NCBI GenBank assembly: GCA_023229825.1
Contig: JALNYN010000005.1
Location: forward strand, 1,933-65,932
Length of the DNA stretch: 64,000 nt
From: Minisyncoccota bacterium
GTDB taxonomy: Bacteria; Patescibacteriota; Minisyncoccia; Phycocordibacterales; CAIJYI01
Direction of reading: 5' to 3'
Positions 50,093 to 58,397 of the stretch are shown one piece after another. Position 1 is the first letter of the stretch; the number at the start of each line of letters is the position of its first letter. A model generated the notes under the pieces. The model did no database searches and was not told the DNA's origin. It saw only the letters and a program-made list of their open reading frames with translations. Both the position numbers and the translations under genes were made by a program.

Positions 50093-50150
50093 CTATTCTC
50101 AATTCTCAATTCTCTATTTTCTATTTTCTATTTTCGTGTTTCGTCTTTTC
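50093..50150. repeat. heptamer microsatellite (TTCTATT / TTCTCAA units)
   Basis: ctattctcaattctcaattctctattttctattttctattttcg; related tracts at 53624-53665 (reverse orientation) and 53841-53875. Confidence 0.6.
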
Positions 50151-50165
50151 TGTTATACTTTCTGT

Positions 50166-51203
50166 ATGTCTGAAACAGCTTTATATCGAAAATATCGTCC
50201 GCACGATTTCAAGGGAGTGCTTGGCCAGGATCACGTTGTCCGCGTACTGGAGGGCGCTATTAAAAGCGGAAATATCGCTCATGCCTATCTTTTCTGCGGA
50301 ACTCGCGGAACAGGTAAAACCTCCGTGGCGAGAATATTTGCGAATGCGATCGGTACGAGTTCGAGCGACCTCTATGAGATAGACGCTGCCAGCAATCGCG
50401 GGATCGATGATATCCGCGAACTCCGCGAAGCGGTTAAAACCTTTCCATTCGAGGGAAAATACAAAGTGTATATCATCGACGAAGTGCACATGCTGACCAA
50501 AGAAGCCGGCAATGCGCTTTTGAAAACTCTGGAAGAGCCGCCTGCTCACGTCATTTTCATTCTCGCCACGACGGATGCGCATAAGGTGCTTGATACGGTT
50601 CTCTCGCGCTGTCAGGTTTTCACGTTCAAAAAACCGCCTATAGAAACATTAAAAAATCTCGTCTTGGAGATTTCAAAAAAAGAAGAGAGGGTTGTGGATC
50701 ACGCTTCGGCAGAGCTCATCGCGCTTCTTGGCGACGGTTCGTTCCGCGACACACTCGTAACTTTGCAAAAAGTTTTGTATTCATCGGATGCCAAGAAAAT
50801 TTCAGCGGAAGAGGTTGAAAGGATCACCGGCGTTCCCAAGAGCGCGATCGTCAACGAATTTATTTCCGCCATTAACGATCAAAATGCTTCCGGCGCTTTT
50901 TCTGCGATCCGCCGGATCACTGACGAAAATATCGATATCGCGGTTTTTCTGAAATTGGTCCTTACCAAACTCCGCGCGGTCATGCTGCTTCGGCTCGCTC
51001 CCGATATGCGCACTGCTCTCTCAGACGATTTTACGGTCGAAGATTTCAAATTTTTGTCGGAACTGCCGATAAACAAAGAATTGAAACTGTCTCTCGCTCT
51101 TACTGTTTTTCTCGAAGCATCGGACGATATTGCGAAAGCTTTCATTCCGCAGCTGCCGGTCGAACTTGCTGTCGCAAAACTTTTTCAAGCAAAAGAACAT
51201 TAG
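50166..51203 (+). CDS. dnaX: DNA polymerase III subunit gamma/tau (short form)
   Basis: YRPHDF, GTRGTGKTS Walker A, IIDEVHML Walker B, SRC motif region. Confidence 0.85.
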   Translation: MSETALYRKYRPHDFKGVLGQDHVVRVLEGAIKSGNIAHAYLFCGTRGTGKTSVARIFANAIGTSSSDLYEIDAASNRGIDDIRELREAVKTFPFEGKYKVYIIDEVHMLTKEAGNALLKTLEEPPAHVIFILATTDAHKVLDTVLSRCQVFTFKKPPIETLKNLVLEISKKEERVVDHASAELIALLGDGSFRDTLVTLQKVLYSSDAKKISAEEVERITGVPKSAIVNEFISAINDQNASGAFSAIRRITDENIDIAVFLKLVLTKLRAVMLLRLAPDMRTALSDDFTVEDFKFLSELPINKELKLSLALTVFLEASDDIAKAFIPQLPVELAVAKLFQAKEH

Positions 51204-51221
51204 ATATTTTTTTTCGCCCGT

Positions 51222-51298
51222 CGTCATCCCGGGCAGCGACCCGGGATCCACGGAGAGCGATGACACGACGTGGATTCCGGGTCGCGGCCCGGAATGAC
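51222..51298. repeat. family-B REPIN-like element, copy 5
   Basis: gtcatcccgggcagcgacccgggatccacg ... cgtggattccgggtcgcggcccggaatgac. Confidence 0.6.
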
Positions 51299-51350
51299 GC
51301 GGAATGGAGGCGATACCCTTGAAAGAACTCTATTAAATAAAAAAAATATT

Positions 51351-52007
51351 ATGAATCCACAATATACCGTTCTCAAGCGTTTTTATTTCGTTCGACACGG
51401 GCAGACCGTACATAATGTGAATAATGAATATCAAGACGGAAAAGACCCTTTGACGGAAAAAGGGATGGAGCAGGCGTCGCTTGTCGCCGAAAGATTCGTG
51501 TCGATACCCGCGGATCGCATTATCGCCAGCGATTACCAGCGTACTCAGCAAACCGCGCATGCGATCTCAGAAAAGACCGGCCTCGAGATCACTTCGTCGG
51601 AACTCTTTCGGGAATTACGAAGGCCAACAGATCTGGTCGGAAAAAAAAGATTTATTCCGGAATCAAAGCTGATAATGGACGAAATGATCGAACACGAACC
51701 GATCCCCGATTGGCATCATCTCGACGAAGAGAATTTATTTGAAGCGGTGGCTCGTGCGAGAAAAGCGCTTGATTATTTATGTTCGGTCAAAGAAGAAACG
51801 GTTATCGTGGTAACGCACGAATTGTTTATCAAGATCATGCTGTCCGCCATGGCGGTTGAAGATGATGCGAAAGCCGTCGAATTCTATCGGACCATGCGTT
51901 ATTTTATGGTGGGAGATAACACGGGCATCACGATCGCGGAATATGGAAATTTCATAAACGATATCCGTTTTCGATTGCGCATTTGGAACGATCACGCGCA
52001 TCTATAA
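51351..52007 (+). CDS. histidine phosphatase family protein (phosphoglycerate mutase-like)
   Basis: FVRHGQT catalytic RHG motif; ORF-track N-terminal extension (from 51270) is read through the REPIN copy and is not credited. Confidence 0.75.
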   Translation: MNPQYTVLKRFYFVRHGQTVHNVNNEYQDGKDPLTEKGMEQASLVAERFVSIPADRIIASDYQRTQQTAHAISEKTGLEITSSELFRELRRPTDLVGKKRFIPESKLIMDEMIEHEPIPDWHHLDEENLFEAVARARKALDYLCSVKEETVIVVTHELFIKIMLSAMAVEDDAKAVEFYRTMRYFMVGDNTGITIAEYGNFINDIRFRLRIWNDHAHL

Positions 52008-52044
52008 AAGTTCATAAACTTTATAAACTTGATAAACTTAATCT

Positions 52045-52443
52045 ATGGATGAACCAACAAACATTGTAATTCCTCAAAAAGTACCGGAAAAGCCGGTCAA
52101 AAAATTACCGGAGGGCAGCGGTTCTTTACCTACGAAAGCCAACCAGGACACTCTTGATAAGGTGTTCGACATGATGAAAAATCCGAAGCATTACAACATC
52201 AAAGTAAAGTCCGAAGATGATAACAAGAAATTGAGCTTTGTTACCGGCCTGAAGCTTATTGAAGGCACATTTCTTACTGAAACGGCGGTAATGACCATGA
52301 GAGTATCGGGAGTGAATATTTCTTTAAACGTCGGAGGTGCTCTTGCCGACACGTGGAGTATCGAAGGCGTAAAAACATACGTTGAGAAAGGGTATGATAC
52401 GGCTTACGATTTTGCCGATTGGCTGTGGAAGAACAAGAAATAA
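52045..52443 (+). CDS. hypothetical protein
   Basis: 132 aa, no motifs. Confidence 0.4.
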   Translation: MDEPTNIVIPQKVPEKPVKKLPEGSGSLPTKANQDTLDKVFDMMKNPKHYNIKVKSEDDNKKLSFVTGLKLIEGTFLTETAVMTMRVSGVNISLNVGGALADTWSIEGVKTYVEKGYDTAYDFADWLWKNKK

Positions 52444-52487
52444 AACGGTTGGACGCGTCCAAATAATGCCGTAATCGTTGTTTTACT

Positions 52488-52547
52488 GTCATCCCGGGCC
52501 GAGACCCGGGATCCACGTCGGTAGTTCGTCCGATGCGGATGATGACG
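52488..52547. repeat. family-B REP unit with partial partner, copy 6
   Basis: gtcatcccgggccgagacccgggatccacgtc ... ggatgatgac. Confidence 0.5.
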
Positions 52548-52556
52548 GTTACCAAT

Positions 52557-52607
52557 CGTTCGTATTCGTTGCCATTAGTATATTGGTACCCATTCGTATA
52601 TTAGTAT
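52557..52607. repeat. family-D half element
   Basis: cgttcgtattcgttgccattagtatattggtacccattcgtatattagtat. Confidence 0.5.
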
Positions 52608-53621
52608 CTAGAGCGAGGAATGTTTTTTATCGACTTTTCCTGACTCGAGTATCTTTTCGGTCATGCCGATCGATTGCGATGCGAACGTTCCAAGCGAAGC
52701 ATATTTTCTCATATCTTCTTCGGAGTGAGCGTCAGGTCCGCCGCTCGCTATGCCATCGTAAATTTTAAGAAGTTTTCGCAGTTCGATCTTGTCAGCTTCG
52801 ATCTCGGACTCGTTCTTTTGACCGATCTGCCAAAGTCCGTAAACGGTTTCCATTCCGTCGATCCTCTTTTCTTTCAGCAGCTTTTCGATAAAGAAATAAT
52901 CCATTTTTTTCTTCACGGTGAAATAGTGCGCGATAACGGCGACCCCGCCGGCATCTCGAATAAGTTTTGCCGATTCGTCGAGATCCGGCGCGTATGTGAC
53001 TTCTTCATAGCCTTTCAGGTAGGCATCCGGCGAAAGAAAAAGGGAATAGGGAATTTGGTGTTCTCCTGCGCCCATCATTTTTTCATATTTTTCTCGAACT
53101 TCACTATCGGTTTCCGCTTCCTTTTTCATTTTTTCGATCAAGAGCTTGGTAACATTTTCGTTCTCGGGATGTAATTTCAGCGCTTCGACGATATGAGGCC
53201 TGCCGATAGCTTCGCCTCCGGACGCGATAAGACATTCGCTCTCCGAAATACTGAACCCGAGGAGCTTGAGATTAAAAACTATTTTTTCCATTCTCTCCAC
53301 CCGCGCAGCCTGCGCTTTTGTACAGTGCTCCATGAGTGCCGGGTTTTTCGGGTCGACAAATAGTCCGATGACATGCAGACCGCCTTTACCGAGACCCGAG
53401 ATCTCTTTCGGGGGCGCTGCGCTGATCTCGATCCCGGAGATCCATTTTGTGCGAGAAGATTTTACCGTGGTGAGATAGGAGATCGCATCGTCATTAAGGA
53501 TCGCATCATGGTCGGTAAAAGCGACAACAGAAACGTTGAGCGATTCCGCCAGCAAAAACATCTGCTTGTGAGATAGCTTGCCATCGGAAAGGGTCGTGTG
53601 AGTATGAAGTGATTCGAACAT
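52608..53621 (-). CDS. PHP-domain phosphoesterase
   Basis: N-terminal LHTHTTLSDG and AFTDHD His/Asp motifs. Confidence 0.7.
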   Translation of the reverse strand: MFESLHTHTTLSDGKLSHKQMFLLAESLNVSVVAFTDHDAILNDDAISYLTTVKSSRTKWISGIEISAAPPKEISGLGKGGLHVIGLFVDPKNPALMEHCTKAQAARVERMEKIVFNLKLLGFSISESECLIASGGEAIGRPHIVEALKLHPENENVTKLLIEKMKKEAETDSEVREKYEKMMGAGEHQIPYSLFLSPDAYLKGYEEVTYAPDLDESAKLIRDAGGVAVIAHYFTVKKKMDYFFIEKLLKEKRIDGMETVYGLWQIGQKNESEIEADKIELRKLLKIYDGIASGGPDAHSEEDMRKYASLGTFASQSIGMTEKILESGKVDKKHSSL

Positions 53622-53623
53622 AA

Positions 53624-53665
53624 TAATAGAAAATAGAAAATAGAAAATTGAAAATAGATTAAAGA
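53624..53665. repeat. heptamer microsatellite (aaatagaaaat units)
   Basis: aataatagaaaatagaaaatagaaaattgaaaatagatt. Confidence 0.55.
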
Positions 53666-53687
53666 TTATTTATTTTTAACTTTTATT

Positions 53688-53762
53688 CGTCATTCCCTTG
53701 AAAAAGGGAATCCAGAATTCATATCAATAAACTCTGGATTCCCGCCTTCGCGGGAATGACGG
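53688..53762. repeat. family-B-related palindromic element, copy 7 (divergent arms)
   Basis: cgtcattcccttgaaaaagggaatccag ... ctggattcccgccttcgcgggaatgacg. Confidence 0.5.
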
Positions 53763-53840
53763 GCAAAGAAGTTGTTTTTGTTTTTAATGTCTTAGAAGGA
53801 TATTTTTTATTTAGCGGATTTTTTTTATTTAATCAATTTT

Positions 53841-53875
53841 CTATTCTCAATTATCTATTCTCTTCGTCTTCGCTA
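53841..53875. repeat. heptamer microsatellite
   Basis: ctattctcaattatctattctcttcgtcttcgc. Confidence 0.45.
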
Positions 53876-53876
53876 G

Positions 53877-53948
53877 TCCCCCCGGCAAGAATCGAACTTG
53901 CATTTTAAGTTCCGGAAACTTATGTCCTATCCATTGAACGACGGAGGG
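53877..53948 (-). tRNA. tRNA-Arg (anticodon CCG)
   Basis: Minus-strand cloverleaf: acceptor CCCTCCG/CGGGGGG, D-arm GTTC..GGAC, anticodon stem TAAGT/ACTTA with loop TTCCGGA, T-arm GCAAG-TTCGATT-CTTGC, discriminator A; no encoded CCA. Confidence 0.75.
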
Positions 53949-53954
53949 ATTTTA

Positions 53955-54040
53955 GAGTATCAGGGGGCAGTATCAGTATCAGGAAATGACGCCATCCGTC
54001 GCCCCTGATACCGATACCCATCCCTGATACTTATACATGG
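53955..54040. repeat. family-E inverted repeat pair
   Basis: agagtatcagggggcagtatcagtatcagg ... cccctgataccgatacccatccctgatactta. Confidence 0.5.
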
Positions 54041-54238
54041 TATCCTTTACAATACCGAAAGTAAATAGCGTAAAATGCGGTTATCACACATTTGTTTGAC
54101 TTTAATCCGCGGTTTCGTCTATAATGTTTTGTATAGTGTTTTCGGCGATAAAGAGGGTAGTTTCTACGGCGTTGTGCTCGTGAATAAGCCATCTTGCCCT
54201 ACACGTTAAAAGGTCGAGAATTAAATAAAATATTTAAA

Positions 54239-54586
54239 ATGGCGTACGATAACAACGGAGGCGGCTTCACACCACGACCCATGTTCCAGGGTAACTGGTC
54301 ATGCTCGGGTTGCGGAGGCGCAATACATGAACTTCCTTTCCAGCCGGATCAGGAGAGACTCGGACAGCTTCTCTGCCGCGATTGCCACAGAGCAAAGCGA
54401 GGAGATAGGGACACCCGAGGAGGAGGAAATCGCGACAATAGAGGTCCTCGCACCATGCACCAGGGCAATTGGTCCTGCTCAGGATGCGGAACCGCTATCA
54501 ACGAACTTCCTTTCGAACCGGATGAGTCCAGACTCGGGCAGCTTCTCTGCCGAGATTGCCACAGGGCAAAAAGAGGGAATATGTAA
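54239..54586 (+). CDS. tandem zinc-ribbon protein with Arg/Gly-rich linker (hypothetical nucleic-acid-binding protein)
   Basis: Two copies of QGNWSCSGCGxAIxELPFxPDxxRLGQLLCRDCHRAKRG (CxxC...CxxC) separated by GDRDTRGGGNRDNRG; encoded by a ~100-bp internal direct repeat (~80% identical). Confidence 0.5.
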   Translation: MAYDNNGGGFTPRPMFQGNWSCSGCGGAIHELPFQPDQERLGQLLCRDCHRAKRGDRDTRGGGNRDNRGPRTMHQGNWSCSGCGTAINELPFEPDESRLGQLLCRDCHRAKRGNM

Positions 54587-54732
54587 AACAAAGAAAAACG
54601 ATCCCGCAAGGGGTCGTTTTTTTGTATTGACATTTGACAGATTAAATGCTTATAATGCACTTGGAATGCAAACTAAGGAACGATCTATTTCCGAAATATG
54701 CATCGTTTTTACCTTGAAGGAGGTATTGAAAA

Positions 54733-55374
54733 ATGACCGAAGAAACAAAAGTTGAAGCCGTCAAATCTTCAGAACAACCAGCCACACCGGAAAAAGAAGC
54801 GGTAAGCTCAGCACCGCCAAAAACCGCGCCCAAAACCAATCAGGCGAAGAAAAAAAGAGCATGGCCGGTCCTCTCAATATTGGGATTAATTTTTGCGTTT
54901 CTGATCTTCGGGGCTTTGATGCTCGTTATACATCCCGAGATCGAAGATGCCATCATGAGCAAAAAATTGACCGAGGAGAATTTTAGCGCCGCGCTCGTTA
55001 AGCAAGCGCCCGGATTGGCAGATGAATATCCTGTTTCCGTAGTGGTTAAATATAAAACCGCTCTGGGAGTATTGGAATCACGGGAACCCATCGTGTTCGA
55101 ATATGGTGTGGCCGCAGATGGAACCAAATGCGTTCAATATTATTATTCCACAGATGTAAAGAATGCTCCGACGAAACAGGCTTGCGTCGCTCCAAAAAAA
55201 GTGCACGAGCCCGGTTGGACAGAAAAAACATGGAATACCGTTGCTTCATGGGAAGGTTGGCAACAGGCCAACGACGCTTGGAATAAAGCAGAACATCAGG
55301 CTTCCGACCTCTGGTCAAAAACGGCGAATTATGCCGCCGACCTTTGGTCTAAAGTACTTGATCTCGTTCACTAA
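54733..55374 (+). CDS. hypothetical membrane-anchored protein
   Basis: Pro/Lys-rich N-terminus, single TM, Trp-rich C-terminal repeats (WNKAEHQASDLWSKTANYAADLWSK). Confidence 0.45.
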   Translation: MTEETKVEAVKSSEQPATPEKEAVSSAPPKTAPKTNQAKKKRAWPVLSILGLIFAFLIFGALMLVIHPEIEDAIMSKKLTEENFSAALVKQAPGLADEYPVSVVVKYKTALGVLESREPIVFEYGVAADGTKCVQYYYSTDVKNAPTKQACVAPKKVHEPGWTEKTWNTVASWEGWQQANDAWNKAEHQASDLWSKTANYAADLWSKVLDLVH

Positions 55375-55395
55375 TAAGTCAGATCGATATCCTCA

Positions 55396-55428
55396 TGCCC
55401 CGCCCAAAAGCGGGGTATTTTTTTTCTG
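55396..55428 (+). terminator. rho-independent terminator
   Basis: ccccgcccaaaagcgggg + tattttttttt. Confidence 0.75.
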
Positions 55429-55454
55429 TAAAACACGCATTCACAAAAAAACTC

Positions 55455-55567
55455 GTCGTCATTCCGGACAGCGATCCGGAATCCACGTCAGTGGAACTAT
55501 TAACGTGGATCCCGGATCCATCCTTCGCCAAAGGCTACGGCATGGCGCAGCGCGGTCCGGGATGACG
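55455..55567. repeat. family-B REPIN-like element, copy 8 (long subtype)
   Basis: cgtcattccggacagcgatccggaatccacgtc ... cgtggatcccggatccatccttcgccaaaggctacggcatggcgcagcgcggtccgggatgacg. Confidence 0.6.
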
Positions 55568-55674
55568 AAATAAAGCCTTAGTACGGCGGTCGTTTTTTCG
55601 AGTTGACAAAATATAAAAAATAGTGCAAAACTATACATAGTACCTTGACACTATTGAAATAACAGGAGATAGAA

Positions 55675-58146
55675 ATGACAGAAACAGGATTGAGAAAAAA
55701 ACGGCTCAAAATTAAGATACAGGGCACCGTACAAGGCGTCGGATTCCGACCTTTTGTGTTGCGGCTTGCTGAGAAACTGGGTGTTTTAGGCTGGGTTATT
55801 AACGGCGTTCGAGGCGTTGAGATCGCTGCAGAGGCGGATGTGATAGACCTTCTTGAATTTGCCCGGTGCGTTGTAGATCATGCTCCCGAAGTGGCGGCGA
55901 TCGATTTCGTGGAATATTCGTATCTCGACGATACGGAAAAATATGAAAAATTCGAAATTCGCGAAAGCGACAATTTTGGAGAAAAAACAGCCTTGGTGCT
56001 TCCCGACTTGGCAACATGTCCGGAGTGCCAAAGCGAAATATTCGACAGAAAAAATCGGCGCTTTCGGTATCCGTTCACGAACTGCACCAACTGCGGTCCG
56101 CGACATTCAATTATCGAACGGGTCCCGTATGATCGCCCGAATACATCGATGAAAGTTTTTCCGATGTGTCCGGAATGCGAGAAAGAATACAACGATCCTG
56201 CGAATCGCAGGTTCTATGCACAGCCGAACGCATGCCCAGTTTGCGGTCCGCATTTGGTACTGCTGGATCAAAATGGAAAAGATCTCGCAACTCGAGATAG
56301 TGCGCTTCGTATGGCAGAAGAATATATTGATTACGGAAAAGTCGTCGCCTTAAAAGGGCTTGGCGGTTTTCAATTGATAGTCGATGCCATTAATCCGATC
56401 GCGATCAAAAAGTTGCGCGAGAGAAAGGGACGGCCAGGACAAAAACCGTTTGCGGTTATGTATCCGAACATTGAACTGGTAAAAGCGCATTGCGAAGTTT
56501 CGATGGAAGAAGAAAAACTTCTTTTGTCCCGACAATCGCCGATCGTGCTTTTAAAGAGGAAGGACCGTCCTTCCGAAGTTGAGAAAGTTCCACATAAAGA
56601 TATCGCTCCCGATAGCAACGTTCTCGGCGTGATGCTTCCATACACTCCGCTTCATCATCTATTGATGGCGGATCTCGGTTTTCCGATCGTTGCCACGAGC
56701 GGCAACTTGTCGGACGAGCCTATCATTACGGATGAGGATGAGGCGGTCGTATTGCTTGGACATATTGCGGACGCTTTTCTCGTTCATAATCGCGGTATCG
56801 TTCGTCACGTTGACGATTCGATCGCGAGAGTGATAAACGGGAAGACTGTCATCTTGAGAAGGGCGCGGGGATACGCTCCGATGCCTATAAAAGTCGAAAG
56901 TCGAAAGTCCCTGCTTCGCCAAGGCTATGCAGGGCAAGCACCAGTCGAAAGTACGCCGACGATCGTGGCTTTTGGTCCAGATCTGAAAAATGTGGGGGCG
57001 GTTCTCACCGATGGCAAAGTCTATTTGACACAGCACATCGGCGATATGGGAACCACAGCTTCCGGGGACGCACTTTTGAGATCGATCAACGACACGCTCG
57101 CTTTTCGGGAGAAAAAACCGGAGGCGGTTGTCTGCGATCTGCATCCCGATTACGCATCGACAAGAATGGCGGAAGCGTTTGCCGAGGAACATCACATTCC
57201 TCTCTATCGCGTCCAGCATCACAAAGCGCATATTTTATCCGCAATGACTGAAAATGACATTGTAGGAAAAACAGCGCTCGGTGTGGCTTGGGACGGTACG
57301 GGATACGGCGAAGACGGCACGATCTGGGGCGGAGAATTTTTCCGCGTCAGCGAAACCGGCCTCACGCGCTACGCGCATTTGCGCACTTTCGGTTTGATCG
57401 GCGGCGACAAAGCCGCACGTGAGCCGAGATACTCCGCAGCCGCGATCCTTTATGAGATCTACGGAAAAGAAATTTTCGATTCCGACAGATTCGCATCGGT
57501 GAAAGCGCTGATTGGCGTTGAAAGGAAACTCTTTCCTCAAATGCTGAAAAACAAAATGAACGTCGTTATGACATCCAGTGCCGGAAGATTGTTCGATGCC
57601 GTCGCTTCGATCCTAGATATTTGCCACTCGTCCGATTATGAAGGGCATGCGGCGATACTTTTGGAACAGGCGATCGGCGATGAAACGACCAATGAAAATT
57701 ATGAGATATCCGTCGTAAAAGATGGGGATGAATATATATTTAATTGGGAACCGATGATCCGCGACATCGTATATGAATACGAGTTGGGAATTCGTCCGGG
57801 CGTTATTGCGAAAAAAATTCACAATACGCTCGCGAGGGTGATCGCTCGAATTTTTCTCGTTTCAGGAGAAGGACGGCTTGTTCTTTCCGGCGGATGTTTT
57901 CAAAATAAATATCTGTTGGAAACAACGATAAAAAAACTTGAGGGATATTCGGACGACGGCAGAATATTCACTCAAGGCAAGGTGCCGATGAATGACGGAG
58001 GCATTGCTCTCGGTCAGATCACGGCGGTGTTAGATTCCGTCCGTCATTCCGGACTTGATCCGGAATCCACGTCGGAAACGTTAAATATAGATTCCGGGTC
58101 CATCCTCCGCCAAGGCTACGGCATGGCGCGGCGTTGCCCGGAATGA
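55675..58146 (+). CDS. hypF: [NiFe]-hydrogenase maturation carbamoyltransferase HypF
   Basis: Acylphosphatase domain (IQGTVQGVGFRPFV), two CxxC-x18-CxxC zinc fingers, YrdC and Kae1-like domains; last ~35 codons lie in a family-B repeat. Confidence 0.9.
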   Translation: MTETGLRKKRLKIKIQGTVQGVGFRPFVLRLAEKLGVLGWVINGVRGVEIAAEADVIDLLEFARCVVDHAPEVAAIDFVEYSYLDDTEKYEKFEIRESDNFGEKTALVLPDLATCPECQSEIFDRKNRRFRYPFTNCTNCGPRHSIIERVPYDRPNTSMKVFPMCPECEKEYNDPANRRFYAQPNACPVCGPHLVLLDQNGKDLATRDSALRMAEEYIDYGKVVALKGLGGFQLIVDAINPIAIKKLRERKGRPGQKPFAVMYPNIELVKAHCEVSMEEEKLLLSRQSPIVLLKRKDRPSEVEKVPHKDIAPDSNVLGVMLPYTPLHHLLMADLGFPIVATSGNLSDEPIITDEDEAVVLLGHIADAFLVHNRGIVRHVDDSIARVINGKTVILRRARGYAPMPIKVESRKSLLRQGYAGQAPVESTPTIVAFGPDLKNVGAVLTDGKVYLTQHIGDMGTTASGDALLRSINDTLAFREKKPEAVVCDLHPDYASTRMAEAFAEEHHIPLYRVQHHKAHILSAMTENDIVGKTALGVAWDGTGYGEDGTIWGGEFFRVSETGLTRYAHLRTFGLIGGDKAAREPRYSAAAILYEIYGKEIFDSDRFASVKALIGVERKLFPQMLKNKMNVVMTSSAGRLFDAVASILDICHSSDYEGHAAILLEQAIGDETTNENYEISVVKDGDEYIFNWEPMIRDIVYEYELGIRPGVIAKKIHNTLARVIARIFLVSGEGRLVLSGGCFQNKYLLETTIKKLEGYSDDGRIFTQGKVPMNDGGIALGQITAVLDSVRHSGLDPESTSETLNIDSGSILRQGYGMARRCPE

Positions 58147-58147
58147 C
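58043..58147. repeat. family-B REPIN-like element, copy 9 (long subtype) overlapping hypF 3' end
   Basis: cgtcattccggacttgatccggaatccacgtc ... attccgggtccatcctccgccaaggctacggcatggcgcggcgttgcccggaatgac. Confidence 0.6.
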
Positions 58148-58167
58148 AAAGTAAAGGAGGTGATGAT

Positions 58168-58395
58168 ATGTGTTTATCTATACCGGGAAAAATCGTTGCT
58201 ATTGAAGGCAATGAACCTTTCCGCACAGCCAAAGTGAATTTTGGAGGGGCGATAAAAGGCGACATTTCGCTTTTGTTTTGCCCCGGTGCGAAAGTCGACG
58301 ATTATTGCCTGACTCATGCGGGCAATGCGCTTGAAATAATCGATGAAGCGCTTGCGCTTGAAACGATCACATTGCTGCAAAGCGTCAGGAGATAA
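58168..58395 (+). CDS. hypC: hydrogenase maturation factor HypC
   Basis: N-terminal MCLSIPGK (essential Cys2). Confidence 0.85.
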   Translation: MCLSIPGKIVAIEGNEPFRTAKVNFGGAIKGDISLLFCPGAKVDDYCLTHAGNALEIIDEALALETITLLQSVRR

Positions 58396-58397
58396 CG

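Noticed and set aside
50093-50150. Possible CRISPR array (short direct repeats ttctatt/ttctcaa), also at 53624-53665 and 53841-53875
   Set aside because: Units are 7 nt with no unique spacers and no cas genes nearby. These are microsatellites, not CRISPR.
51270-51350. N-terminal extension MDSGSRPGMTRNGGD of the histidine phosphatase ORF
   Set aside because: The extension is read straight through the family-B palindrome (cccgggatgacgcggaatgg). The conserved protein begins at MNPQYTVLKRFYFVRHGQT.
54194-54238. Upstream TTG start for the tandem zinc-ribbon ORF
   Set aside because: The 15 extra codons have no RBS and are not part of the duplicated unit. ATG at ~54239 is preferred, but neither start has strong support.
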